A stretch of 63,725 nt of DNA, counting the filler, from Dicyema japonicum (taxonomy: Eukaryota > Animalia > Dicyemida): assembly GCA_011109175.1 (NCBI GenBank). It is 11 parts of 11 records of this genome, joined end to end, with 100 filler letters (N's around TTAATTAATTAA, not from the genome) between each part and the next. Parts side by side here need not be neighbours in the genome. Positions count along the whole stretch, not along the records: positions 52,418 to 58,780 come from RDEW01000277.1; positions 58,881 to 61,432 come from RDEW01000359.1; positions 61,533 to 63,725 come from RDEW01000369.1; 8 more parts are not named here. The stretch is one strand, 5' to 3'. Of the stretch, positions 52,318-63,725 are shown one piece after another (positions within the stretch are counted from its first letter, which is position 1; every line of letters begins with the position of its first letter). A program made the translations under genes and the position numbers. Under the pieces are notes generated by a model. It searched no databases, was not told where the DNA came from, and worked only from the letters and a program-made list of their open reading frames with translations.

Positions 52318-52999
52318 NNNNNNNNNNNNNNNNNNNNNNNNNNNNNNNNNNNNNNNNNNNNTTAATTAATTAANNNNNNNNNNNNNNNNNNNNNNNNNNN
52401 NNNNNNNNNNNNNNNNNAAGTATCTCGTCACTTTATGGGTCAGTGAACTCACTTTGAAAGGGAAAGTGACGCTAATAGTCGGGAAGCCCTATATTTCCAT
52501 TATTGAACCTCTATATTTCCATTATTGTCGGGAAGCGTAGGAAGAACTTACAGTTTATTCAAGAAGAACAGTCATGCCTGTTAATCCAAGACATTGAAAA
52601 TGTTCTTGACTTGTCGTTCTTTCCTTTTTGCTTTTGTGTGAGCCTCAGAAGATAATCCGGTTCTATATTTCCATTATTGTCGGGAAGCGTAGGAAGAACT
52701 TACAGTTTATTCAAGAAGAACAGTCATGCCTGTTAATCCAAGACATTGAAAGTGTTCTTGACTTGTCGTTCTTTCCTTTTTGCTTTTGTGTGAGCCTCAG
52801 AAGATAATCCGGTTCCGCAGTGATGAATCACTGATGACGGCGTCACTTGTCAACCCAGAAGCATACAATTATTTGACTAAAATTTTTTAAAAACTCACCA
52901 TGATGATTTAAATCCAATTTTTTAAAACTTTTTGCTTTAAATTCAACCGTCCTTGCTTTAAACTCAGTCAGAAATAATAGAGTTAGTTACAAGTAACAG

Positions 53000-53215
53000 A
53001 GAAAACAGGGAAATTAATAGTGCACCATTCTGAAAGTCGTAGAGGGGTGGGAATTGTGGAACAGTTCTTTTCCATGCAAAACTTTCCACCACAACAGGTG
53101 AACCGTATGACATCACACTAAGAATTGTAATGGTTTTAGCTGGGACATTGGAAGACCACGCAAGGAGGATCCGGGAATTAATGGAGACTGGAATCACTTA
53201 ATTAGTTAGACCGGA
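53000..53215 (+). mobile_element. LINE ORF2 3' terminus
   Basis: ...RRIRELMETGIT* immediately followed by TTAGTTAG. Confidence 0.5.
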
Positions 53216-53519
53216 CAAGTAGCTTTTATGCTTGAAACCATTAACGGAACGACGAGAAATTGATTTTTTTAATTTATCTGAAGAGTTATGACACATAAGA
53301 AATTGATATTTTGTCATTCTGTTGAATAAATTTTACACTTTTAATTTTTCCGAATTTTTCAATCTCATAAAACTTAGCTTCATCACAAACACTTAGGAAC
53401 TAACTTAAACACGTTTAATAAACATTCAAAATAAAAAATTTTCAGAAAATGTGACGGATTTGGCTGAGGAGAAATAGGCGACAAATTAAAAAGCCACGTG
53501 GTGCTATGAGAATAATTGG

Positions 53520-54400
53520 TTAAAAATTTATCTACCTTCCCTCTGATGGAGTCATTGGATCCACCTTACTTAGAAGACGCCGAATGCCTGGCTGGCATCC
53601 AAAAGGATCTAATTATTCATTCCACCGGGAGACAATTCCGTTTCCTGGCAACGAGTTCTCTAATTGACCTCAGCTTCCCGGACAAGTCTTCTGAATCACT
53701 GTTCTTGGGTGGAGGTTCTTCTAGAATGCGTCAGGATCAAGGAATTATTGTTTGCCTTTATCCCTGGTCTATGGAACAATTTTACTTATTTAATGTCGTC
53801 CGAATGTACGGTAATCTCTCTCCACCAAACTTACAGAATGCGTCAGGATCAAGGAATTATTGTTTGCCTTTATCCCTGGTCTATGGAACAATTTTACTTA
53901 TTTAATGTCGTCCGAATGTACGGTAATCTCGCTCCACCAAAAATACAGGCAGAGTTCCCTGGTGTCATCCATAGTCATCAAAATGTATATTTAAAATCGT
54001 TTAATCATCAAGGAGGGGTAGGAGATCTTCATCATGATAAGGGGAACTTTGGAAATTGAAATCATTTTGGAAAGAATGAGATTTTTTGGGCATAAAAAGT
54101 CCACCATAGCTGACAAGAAAGGTCAATTTCCAAAGTGACCGAAGATTGTCAGGAAATGACTCTTGGAGTCGTCAGGGCAAACAGAGAGAAATGTCCACTA
54201 TATAGCAGTTCTTTGGACCCTTTAAGGAGTGATCTAGTGGGAGGGGAAGGTCAAATGACAACAGTTTTGTCTATGAGGGTTGGTATGATGGCGTAATGCC
54301 AAGATTATCGGCCTAATAATGTTCTACATTTATCGAGGAAATGTGAAGTGACTCCTGATTTGGAGAATCTGACTTCCAATACAGGTGAGACGGAAGAGTG
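53520..54400 (-). mobile_element. possible Gypsy-type RT remnant
   Basis: Broken motifs PDDSKSHFLTIFGH, FMPKKSHSFQ, NIHFDD. Confidence 0.35.
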
Positions 54401-54539
54401 TATAAGTTTACTAGAGCAAACAGGACTTCATGATGTTGACTTTTGGACCTTGAGCAGCTACAATTGATACTCCAGTTATTTCAGTGACTTCAGCATGCAA
54501 AAGTTTCTTTACATGTTGAGAAATATCCACATATTTGAN

Positions 54540-54950
54540 CACTTAATATTCACTACAAAATGAAGATCAAAAACGAACAATTATATAAGTTGAGCAAAAC
54601 AGAACCATTATCCATGGAAATCAGAAGATCGAGATGGAGACTGATCGGTCACATTCTGAGGATGGACCTGGATGTCCCGGAAAATCACGTAATAGATGAA
54701 TATTTCATGGAAAAAACAAAATCATTCCGAAAAAGGCCTAGAACAACCTTACCTATCACGCTAAATGAGGACCTAAAAGCCATAGGCAGGGAGTTGAAAA
54801 CAATGGATGACCTCGATGAACTAAGAGATCTTGCGAAACGGAGAGGCCTTTGGATGCGATTGGTGCAAAGGGTGGCCGGCGCGGCACAAGGGAACCTTAA
54901 TTGACTTTTGTTTTTTTATGTGTTCTCGGCAGTGCTGATAATAATAATAA
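54540..54950 (+). mobile_element. RTE-like LINE 3' end
   Basis: SRWRLIGHILRM...KRPRTTLPITLNEDL...LAKRRGLW; (TAA)n tail. Confidence 0.8.
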
Positions 54951-55049
54951 TGTACCTGACCAATTCCCTACGCAGTTGGGGTAACAATTGACTTCTAAGG
55001 CTGTGGTGGTGTGATTTGGCCAGTAATGATTTTTGTAATATTGAACATG

Positions 55050-55480
55050 CCTAGGTTTTCCAAGGACAAAAACCAAGAGAGGTCAAGCTCCTTTGGAACA
55101 AATGGGCGGGGGAATATATAGGTTGACGATAGTGTACTCCGTATTTTTGATTGTTATCAGTATTAGAATGACATCCAAATGGACTTCAGAACGAATAAGT
55201 GAGTTGTTGTTTCGGTGATGTCTGTAAATGGGTTACTATCACGAACAAGCGGATAACCCTTCCAACACTCGTTCGATTAAAACGATCCATGCGAATAGAT
55301 GAGTATGCTTTGAACCGAGGAGTAGGTCGCGAGAGAACAGTCGTGTTTCTTATATTACATATTGTATAGAGAAACTCTATCAACTCGTCACATTACGTGA
55401 GATCCTGTTGATATTTAGTTGCAGAGTTATTAAGTATTCCAATGGGTCTGAATTAGGTACGATATCTCCGGAAGGGGAGA
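55050..55480 (-). mobile_element. LINE APE endonuclease N-terminus preceded by a decayed 2A-like motif
   Basis: SGDIVPNSDP-LEYLITLQLNINRI...FKAYSSIRMDRFNR...TIVNLYIPP. Confidence 0.65.
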
Positions 55481-55924
55481 AACTCATGGAAGAGGCTAAG
55501 CGCCGCTTTAAGGACAGACAAAGGATACTGCATTAGGGGAGATCCTATGAAGAAAAATCGTGATCTATTTGTTCTGTGGAACATAACGTCCGAATTTTGT
55601 CGCGAGGAGGTTATCCACATTTTTTGCAACTATAAATAAAAAATAACCTCATGGGATGCAGAAAGAGTAAACTTATTCCTAAAACATTGACAGTCAAGAA
55701 ATTTTAAAAAAGCGTCATAATTTTTGTGTTTAGGAGAAAACTGTCAAATGTGAGATTTACATTCGGATGGACAGATTTTTGACGTCTCGTCAATTTAAAA
55801 TAACTGAGGGAGTCGTTTCCAATACAGCATTGCAATTCATGCATTAAGCTTATAAAACCAAATTTAACATTTTTTTAATTTTATTAACCCCGGAATCACG
55901 TTAAAGAGGACAAGAGTTATCGTC

Positions 55925-56400
55925 TAATTAAGTGATCCAGGTTTCTAAAAGTCCTTTTCCTGAGTTAATTTTGGAGTCCTTGATTAATCTTCAGAAGGTT
56001 TCTTCTCGTATCTTAAAAAAGTGTCCAGATATAGTTTGATGTCCGGCCCGAGGAGATGGTCAGGAGACTTTTCCATCTTGAGTAAGTCCAGATGGAAGGT
56101 CACTGAGGAACATATTGAATAGCGCAGGTGACATCAGTGATCCTTGTGGCACCCCATCTGGAAAGGATCGCGGTTTTGATTTTTGGTTGTTTGCCACCAC
56201 TTGGCCCATTCGACCGTTGATGAAATTAGCCAACCATGACTTGAATTCAGGGTGGATCGACGTCATAAAAATTTTCATTAAGGTATCATCTATCCGGAAG
56301 CCGTGAAGATGTTGTTCGATAAAATATGTGAAAGCGGGCCATACTGCACGTGGGAAGTTAACATTTGTTTTTAGAGTATGCGTTAACTTATGTTTCAGCG
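55925..56400 (-). mobile_element. non-LTR RT fragment joined to a LINE 3' end
   Basis: SWLANFINGRMGQV...GVPQGSLMSPALFNMFLSDLP; ends LLETWIT* then TTAG. Confidence 0.8.
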
Positions 56401-57999
56401 GGATCCTCATGATGATTGGTTATGGTCAGTACGTAAGTCGTATATAACACATGAAATAACAACCGCAAAAAAGGAACATCAAAAGAAATGCCAGATGAAA
56501 TAGGGGAGTCGCCCCGACGGGGTGGGGTCCTTGTGTGTTTGCTTGAATTATTGAGAATGATCAGGTCGTCAAAACCCTTGGATATGAGGACTCCCCGATG
56601 ATCCGATTGCTGGTCAGCATACCATTAAGAACTTTTCGCGCTTAGGTCACCGCTAATTAGCGTGTTTTCCAATCGCTTGAGCTCAGAACGGTAGCCGCTG
56701 GGGCATGGATAACACGCTAAAATAAAATATCTTTTGCAAAGATTAATAATCAAATTTTTATAAATATATTTTTTTAAAGAAGAAAACAATTTATTACGAA
56801 ACAAGACGATCAAAATTATCCAACTGATAGGATGGAATGTCTGTTTCCTCTGACAACTACCAGAGAACTCAACTCGTCTCGACAACAAAGGGCTGAACAT
56901 GGAATATAATTTTATTTTTTTGAATTTAAAATGGACCAAATTGAGAAAAGATGGTATAAGCGTTTGACTATATTTTGTATTTTTTCTTGATGCCCCAGGG
57001 GTCCTAAATAAATATGTAATTTTGAATTTCCAAAGACATTTTTTATTATTGACATTTCCAAGGAACTCTGTGATATCTTAAAGAGCATGTAAGAAAAGTA
57101 CAGACGTTTGTTTGAGCAAAAATCACTTATTTAGTTGGTCAATCTTTCTCAAATACTTATTTTAGTGATCATTAAAGTTACTTTATTTTTCGTCGTTAAT
57201 ATCCTCAAAANATAACGTTAGTAATTTTAATTATTTTGTCGTATTGTTATAGTGTATTTGTTTTTACTGGAAATTAAATTTTTGTATAATATATATTTAT
57301 TGACCTGAATAAAAAAAATTGATTTAGTTAAAGGTAAATTCCGATTGTCATTTTCTAAGAGAAACTCTTCAGTGTTTGTTTGATCACACTTTGCCCCTTG
57401 GCACGACGATACTGCTTCATTAGTCCCCCTTAGGCAGTGAGTTTTCTGGGAATCGTCCAAAGAATAATTCCATATTTGGGCTCTATACGCATACTCTCCA
57501 AAGTTTTCTTGATGACGGTTGATAGAGTATATGCACGAGTTGACTACTCTGAGAGGAGACATAAAATTGAACGTTAAGACAGTTCATTGACAACTTTATT
57601 CGACTTACGTAATGTATGATTCTTCCTTATGCACGAGTTGACTACTCTGAGAAGAAACAAAATTAAACGTTAAGACTTAAATTAAAAATAAATGCATTGA
57701 CAATTTTATTGTATGATTCTTCCTTATTCATGGATTAAATTCATGTTGATCGATGTCTGAAAATGAGATCTACATTTTCTAATGCCTGATGACCGATTTA
57801 CTTCAGTTCCGTGGTAGAGGTGGAGTAAAAACTAAGGACAAGTTTTGAAAAACCACGGCTTGGAAACTTTACTTATGCTTACGGCTCCATGAAACCTCGA
57901 TGTCTTTGTCAGGATAACGGACGTAGAGCTTATTTCGCGGAAATAAAAAAGTGTGAGATCCCGAAAGGAACATATTTGGAAGATGAAAATGCACAGAAC

Positions 58000-58780
58000 G
58001 GATTCAAAAAATTAAGAAAAGACAATTTTTCTAATATCGTCAATTGTAAGCTTATTAATCCTCTTCTTCTCACAAACAGAAAGCACTCCCTCGGAAATCG
58101 CCCCTTTAGTCTGCTGTAGTCTAATAATTCCTCTCCACAGTATCAGCACATATCAATCTATAAGCTATCACGAGGTCACTACCTATGTATGGTAACAGGT
58201 TTAGTCTGCCCCAATCTGTGGACCCGATCACACATTTGGTCCACTACGGCAGGATTCCTACCAATAACCCCAAAACATAACCAATGAGAGTCCATTAGAA
58301 ATATATTATTAGTAGAGACTAAATTGAGTCCCACACAGCCGGCCTTCATCGATAGAAGCATAATCTACTAATGAACCACCATTACCCTGACGTCATCGCC
58401 ACGTGTAAAGTCTTGTATAACATTCTGCCGTGAGTGACTAGATAGTTGTCCATGGAAGTAGCAAAACGGAATATTAAGTGATTTAATTCTTTCTGCGACA
58501 AAGTGAAGCAGCTTAACCCACTGAGAGACCACAATACTAGAATGACCTCATAAACAACCATTTATCACAACTCCCAGTTAGAGTTTTCTTCAATAGTGTG
58601 ACGAGCACCCCCAACTAATCCTAACCCTACAATCATACCTTACTACTGCTCACTGACTCTTTATCCTACAATAGTTAACATTGACTACATCAAATAGTCC
58701 CACGTGGCAACAACATTGTTGGAGACGAAGGAAGGAGAGGAATAAATGAGAGTTATCAACGTTAGATCTACCACATTACA
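58000..58780 (-). CDS. TTF2: TTF2/lodestar SNF2-family helicase, 3' half only (5' part lost in a gap)
   Basis: [13 protein letters not shown]; [10 protein letters not shown]; [44 protein letters not shown]; [10 protein letters not shown]; six introns of 21-25 nt; one frameshift near 58120. The 3' end is approximate. Confidence 0.8.
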
Positions 58781-58880
58781 NNNNNNNNNNNNNNNNNNNN
58801 NNNNNNNNNNNNNNNNNNNNNNNNTTAATTAATTAANNNNNNNNNNNNNNNNNNNNNNNNNNNNNNNNNNNNNNNNNNNN

Positions 58881-59100
58881 CGCCGTCATCAGTGGAGATT
58901 TACACTGTGGAACTGGATAGTCAAAAGACATACACACAAGAAAAAGAAAAAAACAAAGTGAAGAGCATTCCTTGGTTCTCCCTCTACGATTAGTTATAAT
59001 AACTGTTCTTTATTTAAATAAAGTGTGTGTTCTGCACGAGCGAAATTCTGGGTATCTTACGTGCTTATGGCAACGTGGTAGTGCTTAATTATTATTATTT
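58881..59100 (+). mobile_element. SINE 3' portion with RTE-like tail
   Basis: Body matches the 49513 family; tail CTTACGTGCTTATGGCAACGTGGTAGTGCTTAATTATTATT matches the RTE end at about 43280-43315. Confidence 0.75.
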
Positions 59101-61549
59101 AGAGTAACCGATTTCCTATTTTGCTTTTTTGATTGTGTTTTTCTGCTTTTAGGTGCAGTTTTTTAGTTGAGTAGATAGTTTATTGATTTCATGATGGTGT
59201 CTGATTGGTCAGAGGGTTACAATAACATTTCTTGTAGTGTTCTTGGTAATATTCTTAGTTTCTCTCCACAGAATGTCGGTGTTACATCTTTAAGGCTACG
59301 CTTTAATTTATCAGTTAATGAAGTCATATACAGTTTCCGTGTGGCAGGTTGGTACATTAACTTCTCAGCAGGGAATCTTTATATGGGGGCGTTCTCTTAG
59401 TCCTCCCATCAACTCCTTACGTTACATTTGAGTAGATCCTATTATAGCTATTGTTTCTTTTGCATCGCCGTTGAGTCCGTCCACGTTGAATAAGCAGAGT
59501 TAAAGGTGTGGATCTTCGACAGACCGATAAAGACATGAAAGGGACGTCATCACTTCAACCTGACTTTTTGGAATAAAAATGTCAACAACTTTAAGTCTCT
59601 ATCATGGGATTAGCATAAATGAGCAAAGTGACTAATATGACTACACTAATTACATTTAACAGTAGTAGTTATTTATAGTGATCTTCAAAGAATTTAATAT
59701 TGTCAGGTTACAATTACAGACTTTGTGGATGAGGTTTTAGTTGCAAGCCAACGGTAAGGACTAAGGTGATTTTATTGACTATAAATTTGAAATTTTGACG
59801 TAAATTGATTTTATTATTAAAGCAACGTGCATAAAACCATAAGATACATTGTTTTACGCATTCGGAGTTAAAACCATCAAACTAATTGGTTATACCTTCA
59901 GCGATCCTAATCAACCTATCGCAAGTTTTCAAAATGTTCTCCACATTTCACTTTTACGTACTTCAGATCAGCATCAAGTATCCCAGGAATTGTAACTCAT
60001 GGACGTCTACAGAAAAGTGATCCAGTCTCAACTAAGTACTACCCGTCGCTACATTAGCTTGGGTTTCTATTCTCAATATACGTTCGTAGAGACTCGTCTT
60101 TGGAATAATTTTATTATTGGCACAGGGAGTCTATATTTTAGAAACTCTGGTTGACGTTGTCTGGTCCACGGGATCGATTATTTTTAATTCAATTTATTTT
60201 TCAATTACCTTTGGTGTTTGGAATAATTTAATTGATTTTTTGTGGTGTGTTAATTCTTTATATTATTTTGAATAGACGTTCGTTTACACCTAATCGAGCA
60301 CTCGCCTTATCCAAGGTATTTTCTAGAAGTAGTTTTATCTCCTTTTGTTCTTTTATAAGTTGTGGTACATCGAGGCTAGTTTTGTCTTTGTTAAATGCTG
60401 GAATTGGGTTGTCTCATCAGTAGTAGAGTAAATTCAATCTTTAACAACAGTCTAAATCCCTTCAAAGGGAGTTTTTCAATGCTGCCAAATTCTTCTTAAT
60501 GGAAATTTGATAATTTTCTCTCCTCTGTGCGCATAGCTGTTCAGTCTTGTATCTTATGGCATCCGTCACGGACTTTCTTCGTTGCAGAGTTTTCATGAGA
60601 CTTCTGAGCGGCATTTGGTGTAGTCTATTTGATTAAAGATGCTGAATATTTCAACATGGCAGAAATTCTCTTCCAGTCCACGTAGTTTTATGACGAACGG
60701 AGAGCTGAAATCAAGTTTTGCATCAAAAAAAATCAAGTTTTGCATCAAGTTTTGATCAAGTTTGCATCTGATTCCTCTTTCGTGCGAAAGGCTTCATCTC
60801 CTTTTCGGACTTATACCTTCGCATTTCATCTAGTGATGAAGGAAAAGGAAGAAGTGAGCAAAAGTAGAGAGACCCCAATATTAAATAAAACAAGTAAGAA
60901 TCGAACCACAAATGCTTATTATAACCACTAACCTATCATTATTGTTATTTAAAGACAAAAAAATTATTAAATTAAAAAAGAAAACGTGGCTTATTCGGCC
61001 AATCTGAATAATCATTGCATCTTCGCTCGATGCTCTCACGTCTACTTCGCTTAGACCCGCGCTGGAAGAAAGCGTTCACGTGATGTGAACCACCCGCACA
61101 TTCTTTTCGCTAGAGTTTTGAAAAAGGTAATGTCTATGAAAACATAAAAGTTCCGATTACATAGAATTGTAAGGTTTATTTATTTATTATGTCACATGGG
61201 CCAAGCGATCCTATGGGCTGCCTGTTACATTAACCTTGAACCATGATTAACTTCAATTAATTTTATAAATGATTTATTAACCACAAAAAATTAAATTTAA
61301 GTAACTTTTTTTAGTCTACTCATTAATACAGTCGATATTTCTCCTTTCGATCTTTTTTATCTATCAAATTAAACTATTTAAAACTACCTCCACGCGATTA
61401 TTCGATAAAATATTAATTATTTCTGCAACTGGNNNNNNNNNNNNNNNNNNNNNNNNNNNNNNNNNNNNNNNNNNNNTTAATTAATTAANNNNNNNNNNNN
61501 NNNNNNNNNNNNNNNNNNNNNNNNNNNNNNNNTAACTATTCAATATGTT

Positions 61550-62880
61550 ATGTTGACCAATTCAGACTCTTGGAGATCTCATGAACGAATTTCCTCCACT
61601 CTTCCCGATTCGTTGCAATTTGGAGTAGCTTTGATGTAGGCATTACAGTGACGTCTTCCACCGTGGATAGCCACCGAGTCCTCGGTCGGCCAGGTCTTCT
61701 CTACCCAGTAATATTACTCAGCATAATGGTTCGTTCCAGTGAATCAGAGCGAACAACATGTCCAAAGAACGCCAATCTGTGTTTTACGATTCTTCCTTCT
61801 AGCGAAATGTCCGTCTCTACCCGTTTGAGTACATCGATGTTTGTTATTTTGGAGGTCCAAGGGATTCTAAGTAACCTCCTCCATCACCAAAGCTCAAAAG
61901 CTTCAATTTTTCGTCAATCCGTTTTTTCAGTATCCATGATTCTGCACCGTATAGAAAAACCGGGAACACAATTGCATTAACCAGTCTGCATTTGGTCCTT
62001 AAGCAAATATCTTTGCTCTTCCAATTTCTATTCATTCTCTGGAAGGTTTCTCGTCCCATGGCTATTCGCCTCTTGATTTCCAACCTCCGTCATCATTCCG
62101 ATTAACTAGACATCCCATAAAGACAACATTATCGCAACTCTCTATTTTCTCATTCCCAATTTTTAGTTCCATTATTCCATTATTAGCAGTAGTCCTAATT
62201 TTGGTCTTCTTGATATTTAGCAATAAACCAAAGACGGCACTTTCTTCTCTGAATCTTAGAATCAACTCCCTGAGGCCATCCTCTGTTTCAGCCAGTAAGG
62301 TTGTATCGTCAGCATAGCGCAAATTATTGATGTTTCTGCCTCCAATTTTAATCCCGTTATTTGATACAGTATCCAATTTAGTCATGATCATTTCGGCATA
62401 AATATTGAATAGGATGGGAGATAATAAGCATCCTTGTCTTACTCCTTTACCAATTTTGAACCAATCGGTATCTCCATACACTGTTCTAACAGTAGCTTCT
62501 TGATCCTTATAAAGAGATTTGATAAGCAATATCAGATGGCCATCGAATCCAAATTCTTTTAAAGCGGACCACAGCTTGTTATGTATAACGGAATCAAAAG
62601 CTTTCCGATAGTCAATGAAGTACATGTATACACTATAAAGAGATTTGATAAGCAATATCAGATGGCCATCGAATCCAAATTCTTTTAAAGCGGACCACAG
62701 CTTGTCATGTATAACGGAATCAAAAGCTTTCCGATAGTCAATGAAGTACATGTATACACTCTTTGGGATTCATGGGCTTTCTTCATAATCCACCGGACAT
62801 TTGCTATATAGTCAAGTGTGTCTCGTCCCTTCCTGAATCCTGCTTGGACATCGGGTAGAATCATTTCGGCATTAGACGAT
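61550..62880 (-). mobile_element. RTE-clade (BovB-like) LINE, RT to 3' end, with a 120-bp internal duplication
   Basis: FIDYRKAFDSV...GKGVRQGCLLSPILFNIYAE...NNLRYADDTTLLA...EIKRRIAMG...LYGAESW...RLLRIPWT...GRPRTRW. Confidence 0.92.
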
Positions 62881-63015
62881 GTTGTATTATCTTTAGAAGT
62901 ATTTTGCTGACGTGGGGAATTAAGGCTATTGTACGATAGTTTGATTATTATAAGTAAAAATAATAATAATTTTTAAATTAAAATAATTAATTTAATTCAT
63001 AGATTATTTTGGTTG

Positions 63016-63531
63016 ATGCTTACAAACATAATTAGATCATCTATTAGGTTAAATAGACAGTTAAGTAGTTTATTAGGTATATTTATCATAATCTTGGTTA
63101 GCCATTAGAAAGTACAGTCATGGGGTTACAGAGACTGACGAACAATTTGACAATAGATTTGAAGGGTATTTTAATGACCCAAAGGCAGACTGTTGGGACA
63201 TTAGAACTAGATTTCAGGAATTATTGGTTATTATTATAATAATATAAGGGATATGACCTCATTCCAGAACCAAGGATAATCATTGCTTCTCTTAATGCCT
63301 GCAGACGGGTGAATGACTATGCTTTGGCTGTGAGAATATTGGAAGCTGTTTATGTAATATTTTATATTATTTTAGGTTAAAACTGTGCCAAATACTGACA
63401 AAATATGGCCATACATTATGCAGGAAATACAACCTACTCTTGATAAACTAGGAGTTTCTACTCATATTGAGATGGGATATGACAAACCTGAGTTATTCAG
63501 TTATACTATGCTAAAGGATGAGACTTATTAA
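63016..63531 (+). CDS. COX5A: cytochrome c oxidase subunit 5A with transit peptide
   Basis: [44 protein letters not shown]...[34 protein letters not shown]...[28 protein letters not shown]; introns 63077-63101, 63227-63248, 63354-63375. Confidence 0.95.
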
Positions 63532-63725
63532 TTTTACTAATATCTACTAATTCATTCATTTGTTATCCTATTCTTACTATTTGTATTATTCAATCATTTA
63601 ATTAACACATGTTCTCTGTGATTTATGAACTGAACAACGTGCTTGATGGAAAGTACAGCCATTGCAATAATTCCGATAAGAATCCAGAAGGCCTTTTTTG
63701 TTAAGAGTTCAAAGATGGTTTCTTG

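Noticed and set aside
52831-52860. CTGATGA followed by a hairpin, hammerhead-like
   Set aside because: No GAAA core after stem II; it is the antisense of the SINE core.
55186-55383. DRFNRT read as a retroviral integrase ERxNRT motif
   Set aside because: Context (LQLNIN upstream, NLYIPP downstream) shows it is an APE endonuclease.

Overview
This is AT-rich eukaryotic (metazoan) nuclear DNA from a gapped draft scaffold; the gaps carry a TTAATTAATTAA linker. Five host genes can be rebuilt by hand once ultra-short GT-AG introns are removed. They are a complete non-muscle-type myosin II heavy chain (18 introns, 21-25 nt), a two-RRM DAZAP1/Musashi/hnRNP-like protein, COX5A, the 3' half of TTF2, and a mitochondrial beta-ketoacyl-ACP synthase (OXSM) broken by many 1-nt indels. 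Introns this short at ancestral animal positions point to a dicyemid-like or similarly reduced parasitic animal (inference). The rest of the window is mostly transposon debris: five CRE-clade RLE retrotransposon copies, RTE and other APE LINE pieces, tRNA-derived SINEs, hAT/Buster elements, a Helitron 3' end, LTR/integrase remnants and a 95-bp satellite. The strongest novel signal is that two different hAT transposases carry host-type miniature spliceosomal introns of 26-30 nt, one of them splitting the conserved HTEVRWL motif. All calls come from manual translation and recalled family motifs; no searches were run.
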